This document shows positions 52,958-64,000 of a stretch of 64,000 nucleotides of DNA, piece after piece. The notes beneath the pieces were generated by a model. The model was not told where the DNA came from. It made no database searches and saw only the letters and a list, made by a program, of their open reading frames with translations. A program made the position numbers and the translations under genes. The stretch is from Catajapyx aquilonaris (Eukaryota): positions 1 through 64,000 of the forward strand of contig KZ538013.1 in assembly GCA_000934665.2 (NCBI GenBank). Reading direction: 5' to 3'. Positions within the stretch are counted from its first letter, which is position 1. Each line of letters starts with the position of its first letter.

Positions 52958-54010
52958 TGAAGGTTTTTCCTCATTTAAATGCCACATATCCTGCCAAAGT
53001 GGATTAAATTCGGAGTATTTTACTGCACCTCTTGTTAAAAATAAATTATTTATTGCATTCCCCTGCCACAAACCTGTGCCCAGTTACTGTACCATAAAAA
53101 CCAGGCTGGTTGATGCATGCAGCCTATTGAGGTAACATTTGGTCAGCATCAGTCACCCCAAGAGGAGACTATTTTGGATTTGACCAACTATTTTTGATGG
53201 AACAGGAAAAAACCTCTGAAATAATCTGGAAGAATAATATAACCAATTGTCATGGTTTAAACCAAAATTTTATTTCATCTGTATGAAACTGATTCCACTC
53301 GACACAAAAAGCTCTATTTCACACTTTCAGCATCTTGATTGATTTGCCTCTCCACCTGCTAACAAATACTTCTGCAGGAGCTCAAGGAGAAAGCAAGTCC
53401 TGCCATCCTTATTATCACCCACTCTGATATTCCTAGGTCTTTATCAGTGTTCCTAAAATCTTTGAGAAAAGTGACATCTTCACCACTATTATGTAGGCAT
53501 CAAGTTGGATCCCAGAGATCATCATTATTCTTTGACAATGACATAGCCAAGTATGAGGCAACTCTTTCCATCTCTATTGATTTTATATCAGATCATCTTT
53601 TATTTTCGCTTGAGGCAGTCTTTGATAAAACCTCCACTACAGTGTGTAAGGGTGTGCCAAATATTTCTCCGTCCAGTTATGGATTTTGACAATTTGGATT
53701 ACTTATTTTATTGACTTTAAGTTACAGAGAAGCTGAGAACTTATTCACATTGTAATGTATTATGCTGATGCTCTTAGCCACAATTTTCCAAAAACTAATT
53801 AATACTGCCTACGTACAGTACTGCACACCTGCAGTAGTTTGTTATGACAATGCAACTTTCAAAAATTGAATTCTTGTGCTCCTGCTTCAATATGCACACC
53901 TCATTGCATAAATGTGCACAAACTACCTTGTAATACAGATACAGAGGTGATAAAGGGATTATTTAAAATATGCCATTCAAACAAAAGTTAGCAACCAACA
54001 TTTTCTGAGA

Positions 54011-57000
54011 TTAGTGTGCAAGAGCCATAGAAATCCAGTCTCTATAAGCAGGAACCCTGGTGAAGACAGAAGGCATGTCTGGCACGGCACAACCTCTGAT
54101 GGTGCCAAAACTTACAATTCCTTCCAGATAGTAACGTCCATCTTTGTTGATGAGGAGAGGACCTCCACTGTCACCCTGCAATATAAAGGTGTTTGGCAAG
54201 TGTAATAGGCAACTTCTCAGTTGAAGTCTTTTTCTTATGGCTGATGGTAATAATAATCATAAAGCTGCAAAGGAACATTGCAGCTACTAATGACTAGAGA
54301 TGAATATTTGAGGCAAAAACCTTTCCTGTGAACTCTTACTAAACCTGATGAAATGAAGGTGTCTATCTCTTTCACAATTATTCCAGGACCTAAATAATTG
54401 TGCCATTATGTAGTGCATGCTTTTACAGGCCTACTTTTAATAGCGTTCATAATCTTTTAATTACAAGACCTACAAATCCAATCTCGGCTATTGATTATTG
54501 CAGATATAATATCCCATAACTGAATTTAAGAAATTCCACAATCTAGTTTCTGCCAGCATAAAATTCAAAAATAAAAACAAATGTACAAAATAGCTGCACA
54601 AAATAATGTACAGTCCTGAAGGGCATGTGTTTTCATCATTCATATTTTAAAATATCAGCCAGGTAATGTTGCTTCAAATTACACAACTGTCCTTGACTGG
54701 AAGGATTTAAAAATTGAAAAATCATGGATGATCACATTTTCATGGAGATAAAAACATGCACTGGTAAAAAAAAAAAAAATCAAATGTGTTCATAGATAAC
54801 TAGCCACATGAATAATATGTTGAAGACATCAATAATTGACAGAGATAACCCAGTTCCAGCCCCCTGACACAAATACGATACGGTAGTTTAATATAAAAGC
54901 ATTAAAAGGCTCCGCTAGGCAGGGAATTTGGCGCTGGCGCACCTCCACAGCTGGCTACCAATGCCAGCCACCCGAACCCTAGTCTGCGAACGCCCTGTGA
55001 GGAAAGAACGGTTTGGGTTGGTTCTGAATGTGGCCAACCCGAAGAGACCCCTCACTAGCCGGCTGTGAGGGTGCGCCAGCGCCAAATTCCCCACCTGGCG
55101 GAGCCTTTTATATTAAACAACCTTCAACACAGGGCTAGGCTGGATGTGTCAGGGAGCTGCCCAGTTCAATCTTAATGCCAAATCCACAACATAGTGTTTT
55201 TACAGAATTACAAATAAAAAACAAATTTCCCCATTGAAACCAGGCAGATTCGTAGGGCCACTGTAACTTCCCTAACATGATTACAAGAGAGAAAATGTAA
55301 TTCCTACATTGCAGACTCCAGATTCACCTCCACCAGCACAGATCATCCCTTCCTGGACTAAATTGGAAGACCACCTCTTTAGGCAATCAGGAAAGGACAC
55401 TATCGGCAGCACAGCCTTCCTCAGCCGATTGGACACTACACCTTCTTCAGTCCTCCCCCAGCCCACAGCCACAGCTCTCTGCCCACTATACTCATAATCT
55501 AAAGTAAACAAACTCATCAGTCATCTCTTTTAAATTATTGCAATGATACGCAATGAATGACGGTGACAAAGAACCTTATAAAAAGGATTAAAGATGGTTA
55601 GATAAGAAGAACATCACCTGAGCTGGGCAAGCACACAGGTCGAACAGAGTCAGTTATCTGCACAGGTCTGTCCAAGAGTAGCAGTGCCAGGTCATTTATA
55701 ATCCGGTCCTGTGTTTGAAACTCAGGATGAAGCACTACACGGGAGACTCTTCGTGTCACATGATTGCCCTCAGATGATGTGCTCAGATCATGGTCACCCA
55801 GCCTCACAGTCATGATGTCAACCATAGGGATTTGGGGGTGCCTGTGTTTGAAATGAGATTATTGCATGGATTATTGCCATACTTTACTCTTACTGTATAA
55901 CTTGGGGAAGAAAAGTTAGCTCAGATCTATACAGTATAAGTGGAAATGTCAGGTATGCTCTGAGTCATGTTCCTGCTCTAGTTGCAAGGCACTGGAAATG
56001 TATGTAGTGCATTGCACCTTCTCTTCTCTTGTCATAGTTGCCAACTTGACTCAGAAGCATGCACTTTCCATAACTAACTTTAGTTCCACATGGTATACTG
56101 CCACACCCTTTAAGTTTCAAAACTTACAGATCAACACAGTGAGCAGCAGTTATGACCCACTGCGGTGAAATTAGTGATCCCCCACAGTAGAAGCGTTCAT
56201 TCAACATCAGTGCTGCCTGCCATGGAAATTCATGCAGGAGCGTTTCATTCCCATTGACAATCTTGAGCCTTCCAATTCCCTCCATGGACAGCAGGTTGGA
56301 CTCCAAAATGCGCCTCACATCTGCATAAAACTTAAATTGTTGTCACTTGAACCATACAGACTCTACAGGAAATATTACATTAGCCATTTAAAGCTTTTGG
56401 GCAATAATTATTATCATGATCCCCCAGGAAACCCTAGTTTTTATATGATTCTCATGTTTCATTACGAAGGTGAATGCAAAAATCTGTTAAAAATTGTTTA
56501 GTCTATGTACAACCTGTTAGCAATGCTTGGTGAAAAAGTAAACATATGGGTTCTGAAATGTGATTAGATCTAAATACAGTGAAATCTGTGTATCACAGAA
56601 CCACTCTTCTACTCTAGAAATAAATGTCTTATTGCTCACCACAGTTCTCATGCTCAAGCATGCCACCAGACTTTTGAACAAAGGCAAGGGGTGATATGGC
56701 AGTGGTAGGAATTGCTGAGACACTTGCAGCAGATAAAGGCATCACAGGGTATGTTGATATTCCACAATCACTATTGGCTAGAGGGAATCATAATAAGTGT
56801 CTTCAAAATTCCAATCAGCTTTCTCCAGCTCCCTACCTGGTGGGTGAACTTCAGAGCACTTGATCTGTGTTACTGTAGCGTACCAGTAGCTGCCACGTTC
56901 CAGGCCCATGGCAACAATTTTGACCGATTCGCCAGCTTGAGCAGGAACAACCACTGAAAATGACAATGATATACTTCTATATATGACATTTGTAATGAAT

Positions 57001-58124
57001 TATGACAAGTCTTTTGAGTGATGCAGACTGGAAGCAGCAACAAAAACAATGTGACACTCCATTTTACTTAACCTAAACTCCAATCATGCAATCAAGATGA
57101 ACAGATAAGCAATGTAGTACTACTGGTACAGTCTCCATGAGGTGTGGATGTAATGTCATTTATGTGCTATGCACAAACAACCAGGCATTTTTATATATGT
57201 TGCCACGCTACTAACTGCAAGTGCTTTCTTATTGGTGGAGCATGACTACACTGGACCTCTTATTGCATTTTGTCCGTCATAGTGATGTTAACATGCAGAA
57301 ATATCACTTACTGGAGTATCTCTTAAGTAGGCCACACAATGAAGTTGACGCTCTTCCTTCCCCACTGCCAATAGTGATTGAGTTTGACGTGCAGTATTTG
57401 CCTTGACGATGTAAGAAAGCACTCTCGATGTCCACTCTGTAAGTTGTAATGTGTGCAGTGAGACAGTCAAAATATTTCACTGGCATTTATATAATTTTAG
57501 TTACTAAGGAATCATGCATAAGATTCATTAGGTGTCAAACCATCTGAAATGTGGAGATTCCAACCAGCACTCCGCATTCACTTTTCACTTGCACTCCCCA
57601 AAGTAATTAACATTCAGTGAATATAATACTGCAATGCATGATCATACCTCATCGCACATGTGTCCATTCGTGCATGCACTCGGTGGACACATACTCTTCC
57701 TTCCTGTTCCTCTTTGGGGTACGACGGATTAGCAAAAATAGAGTGGTCCGAGTGAGTGCTGACGGAGCAAGTCTCAAAAGCAGTGGTTTCCATTTCATTA
57801 TCTGCGATAGAACATCTTGTCATGAGGGGGTTAATGTAATCCTTCACATATTGCTTACTCAGGCAGCATGTGCTTTCAGGTGTCATGTTGCAGTAACCTC
57901 CAAAACGGCCTCCAATTTGCATGCAGTCCAGCCATTGACGACAAGTTCCTTGGACACCTTCTGCAGAAGCACAGCTGGTTGGGTGCTTCAAGTGAAGTCG
58001 AGGGAAATGAAACGCAACGCTGAAATTTAAAACTGGAGTAAGTGAACAGACCAACTGTACTTGTAAACACACGAAATAACCTGCAGCTAACTGCCAGCAA
58101 GAACAGCAGCAAAGCACGAAACAT
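54011..58124 (-). CDS. Secreted CUB-domain trypsin-family serine protease (about 503 aa)
   Basis: Minus-strand exons 58124-58081, 58019-57859, 57801-57648, 57436-57312, 56953-56837, 56777-56640, 56320-56128, 55841-55618, 55498-55308, 54175-54011 (1512 nt). Signal peptide, Cys module (GTC..DC..GG..GYC..CC), CUB (FANPSYP..LCG), linker DCG, activation site K-IVNG, triad TAAHC / NDLALL / GDSGGP. Confidence 0.92.
54856..55159. mobile_element. MITE-like long imperfect inverted repeat in the last protease intron
   Basis: aaaaggctccgctaggcagggaatttggcgctggcgcacctccacagctggcta (from about 54904) pairs with tagccggctgtgagggtgcgccagcgccaaattccccacctggcggagcctttt (about 55056-55109). Outer arms tttaatataaaag/cttttatattaaa and cagccccctgacac/gtgtcagggagctg. 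Confidence 0.75.
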
Positions 58125-58971
58125 TATGGCAACTAAAGTTCCTCTCATTAACCTCAACTTATATATCACAGTGTGCATGCCCACTATCTTAATTACTTGC
58201 ACTGCTGATATCTGATCTGTTGCTGATGGAGACACGACTTGGTCTGCCCCTAATTGACTTATAATTGCCTAATGGTCAAGGTTAATGGTCAACAAGAAAA
58301 GCAAAATTTGAGAACATGATGCTGGTACGTACCAGAAATGAGGTTCTGTTACCTCGTAAGATATACGTACCATCGCAAAATTCTGCTAGGCGTAGTGGCA
58401 ACGGTCTCATTCTCAATGTAACCTTCCTCGCTCCACAGGAGGAAAGCCACACAGGCGCCGATTTATCCGCACACTTCAGAAATCATAATCTATCGTGTCG
58501 TATGAATTATTTTCCTTTCAAATGCAAGCACCACACGTGAGCATCACAAGCAAGGGCAAAAATATTCTGGGTGCGTTCACGCAATACTTGACAATACACA
58601 AATACAGAAACAAAATTTTGTATTACTTGTTATTGTAAAGTTTTTAGAATTTTGATATTAGCTTATTAATATTATTATTACTTGTCCAAATTGTTGCCTT
58701 ATCGTTACATTCTCGAAATTACTTCATTTGTTATGATTGATTGAACGCGCCTCAAATCCAACATGGCTGCGCTCATGTTGTAATTTTCTCGTCGCTTTGC
58801 CTTGCCACACTGATGACCAGGCTTATAATTTTTTCCCCCTTACCGCAGGGCCGCAGGCACACGATCAGCGCAATTCTGTACGCGTCGGGTTATTTTGTGC
58901 GCCGGACGACATTGTGCGAATTAGGTGAGTAATGTTGAGGTATGTCATTTTGTATGCCATTTCTGAACTGA

Positions 58972-62110
<3,139 letters not shown>

Positions 62111-62324
62111 AATAAATATGTTTAATTTATTCCATGTGTGATATACATCCTACCCTGACTTGTTTTGTTTTTGTATGTAAGACATTTTTTGTAGCAGACA
62201 GACCACATGCTGCTCATGACATCATCAACCCTACCAGAGAGGAGAGAGGGGGGAAAAAATGTTTGGCTTTCTTCCCAGAGCTATTTTGAATCAACCTGAG
62301 CCAGAGAACTTTTCGGCACTGAAA

Positions 62325-64000
62325 ATGTGCACTGTGGGTAAATGGAGGTTTCTTCCAGGCATTTTTACTCTTCTTGTCATTGTTGGACAGGTCGTCAGTG
62401 ATGATAGGTTTTGTGAGTAATTTTCTCCTACATTTTATAATCATTACTCAACTTGATTGAGTTTTTAAAAAACACAGCATAGCAGCATCTATTTTCAGAG
62501 CTTACTTGACATTCCCAATAGGCAGACAGGAGCCATGCTTTCACTGTGCAATAGAAGATAATTCTGGCAAATTTATGAAACACTTTATTTGTAATTGCCG
62601 TATGACTTTTTTTGCTTTAAAATATAAATATGGACCTAGAATTAACAAAGTTTTCACCCCTGTGATTGTTTGGCATTGTCATTTTGCTGCTGTCAGATAA
62701 GCTGTGCCTGCCAGATGAACGTCTACCATACCATGATGATTGGTATGTTAACTTTAAATCAGGAGCAGAGAGAGTGCAGCCTCCAGTTCTCAGACTTCAT
62801 TGGGTCAAAGGCCGTGACAAGTGAGCAATTTAAATAAGGACTGTCTAGTGCAGACACTGTAACACAGTCCCTGATTCTTACATTCAATTTCCTTTGAGGA
62901 TTGACTGCCTTCGCAAAGTAAGAGATGGAGAAGCAGATGTTGTTCTGGCTGATGTTGCCCTGCTTCGTGTTGCAGCCTTGCACTTCGAGGGCAATTTTTC
63001 CATTATTGGGACCATTCGTGAAGAAGGAGAGGAGGATGGTAAGGGTACAATTTGTACAGTCTTTGAACATGTAAAAAGCAATCACCTCTAGGTCATTGAT
63101 GGATTTTTTTTAATGTAATTTTTTATTTATTTGTTATTTTTTTGCATTTTATTGCATTTGGTCAAGAAAGTTCTCGATATACTGCCATTTTATCTTTCTA
63201 CACTGTACTTCTGATTATCTGGGTGCAGATCTGTGTTATGAATTAATTATCTGTGCATTGCCAAATAATTAAAAATGCAAGTCTGAAAAATTGTCAATAT
63301 GTCTTTGCAATGAAGAAATATAACATACTTTTTCTAGAAGACAAACTCAAATAATCTATGGTAAGTTTCATAATTTTGATTAAATCTTAGTTAAAGTCTC
63401 AGCATACACCAGCAAGTACAGCAGTACATTTTAATAATAATAATAATAATAATAATAATGGATACCCTTGATAGGTCTTGGGCCTCTTAGGGGATCATCT
63501 TTTTGTGAACCGACTTTAATCATTGCCTGCGTGTGATGAATTTTGATTGCGGGAGGAAACGGGAGAACCCCGAGAAAACCCACGCGAACACAGAGAGAAC
63601 CCATCGAAACTCTATCCACATAAGTATCATCTGCGCGACCAGGGGATCGAACTCGGGACCTTAGAGGTGGAAGGCTGTGGCGCTAACCACTTCGCCACCG
63701 TGTCGCCCTCGTACAGCAGTACATTAAAAGTCTCATTTGATGGTATCTAGGTGTAGGTCCATTTTCCGATTATCCTTGTTTTCCGGTTATCTGGCAGCAC
63801 CCGTGCATTAATATATTAATCCAGATAATAGGGAGTACAGTGTATAATGATTGACAGCTTCAAGACAAAATTATTTATATCCATTTCCTGTATAACATGA
63901 TCTTTACAGAGGAATTTGCAAGTGAAACAGTGGCTGTGATCAAGGATGCCCAAGATGACACTTCTAACCTCAAAGCCATGAAAAATAAGGGAGTCTGTAT
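62325..64000 (+). CDS. Divergent transferrin-family protein (3' partial)
   Basis: Exons 62325-62412 (signal MCTVGKWRFLPGIFTLLVIVGQVVS), 62697-62820, 62899-63038, 63910 to window end. YKLCLP..GRDKIDCLRKVRDGEADVVLAD..IREEGE..EFASETVAVIK..NLKAMKNKGVC follows the insect transferrin N-lobe pattern (YKLCVP..RDRVECL..AD..D..FRYEAVIVV..LKG..SC). Confidence 0.8.
63431..63710 (-). mobile_element. tRNA-derived SINE with V-domain-like core, (ATT)n tail and 15-bp TSD
   Basis: Minus strand reads gggcgacacggTGGCGAAGTGGttagc (A box), gaGTTCGATCCc (B box), core gcgtgggttttctcgggg..tttcctccc, then an (att)n tail. Identical gtacagcagtacatt flanks at 63416-63430 and 63711-63725. Confidence 0.92.

Overview
Eukaryotic, intron-rich genomic DNA, most likely from an arthropod (ETH receptor, insect-type transferrin, arthropod CUB protease). 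No prokaryotic features are present, and the ORF track mostly shows exon fragments and antisense shadows. I rebuilt gene models by hand from GT..AG sites and phase arithmetic. (1) 0.26-19.8 kb: a tandem + strand cluster of five paralogues I cannot assign to a known family. They share a 6-exon, same-phase architecture: signal peptide, a Cys-rich domain with a CPC motif, and a cationic Thr/Pro repeat tail ending Pro-X-Gly-stop. This is the best candidate for an undescribed system. (2) A possible coiled-coil orphan ORF and a BPHL/valacyclovir-hydrolase-like gene. (3) About 14 kb with no supported coding exons, then a single-isoform ETHR-A-like GPCR. (4) An orphan + strand gene whose 5.1 kb intron holds an antisense Cys/His-finger gene. 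(5) A CUB serine protease head-to-head with NDOR1, followed closely by a divergent transferrin that runs off the window. Also present: a tRNA-derived SINE with a perfect 15-bp TSD, MITE-like inverted repeats, a (CAT)24 microsatellite and an 11-N gap. All gene models are manual predictions without transcript evidence.
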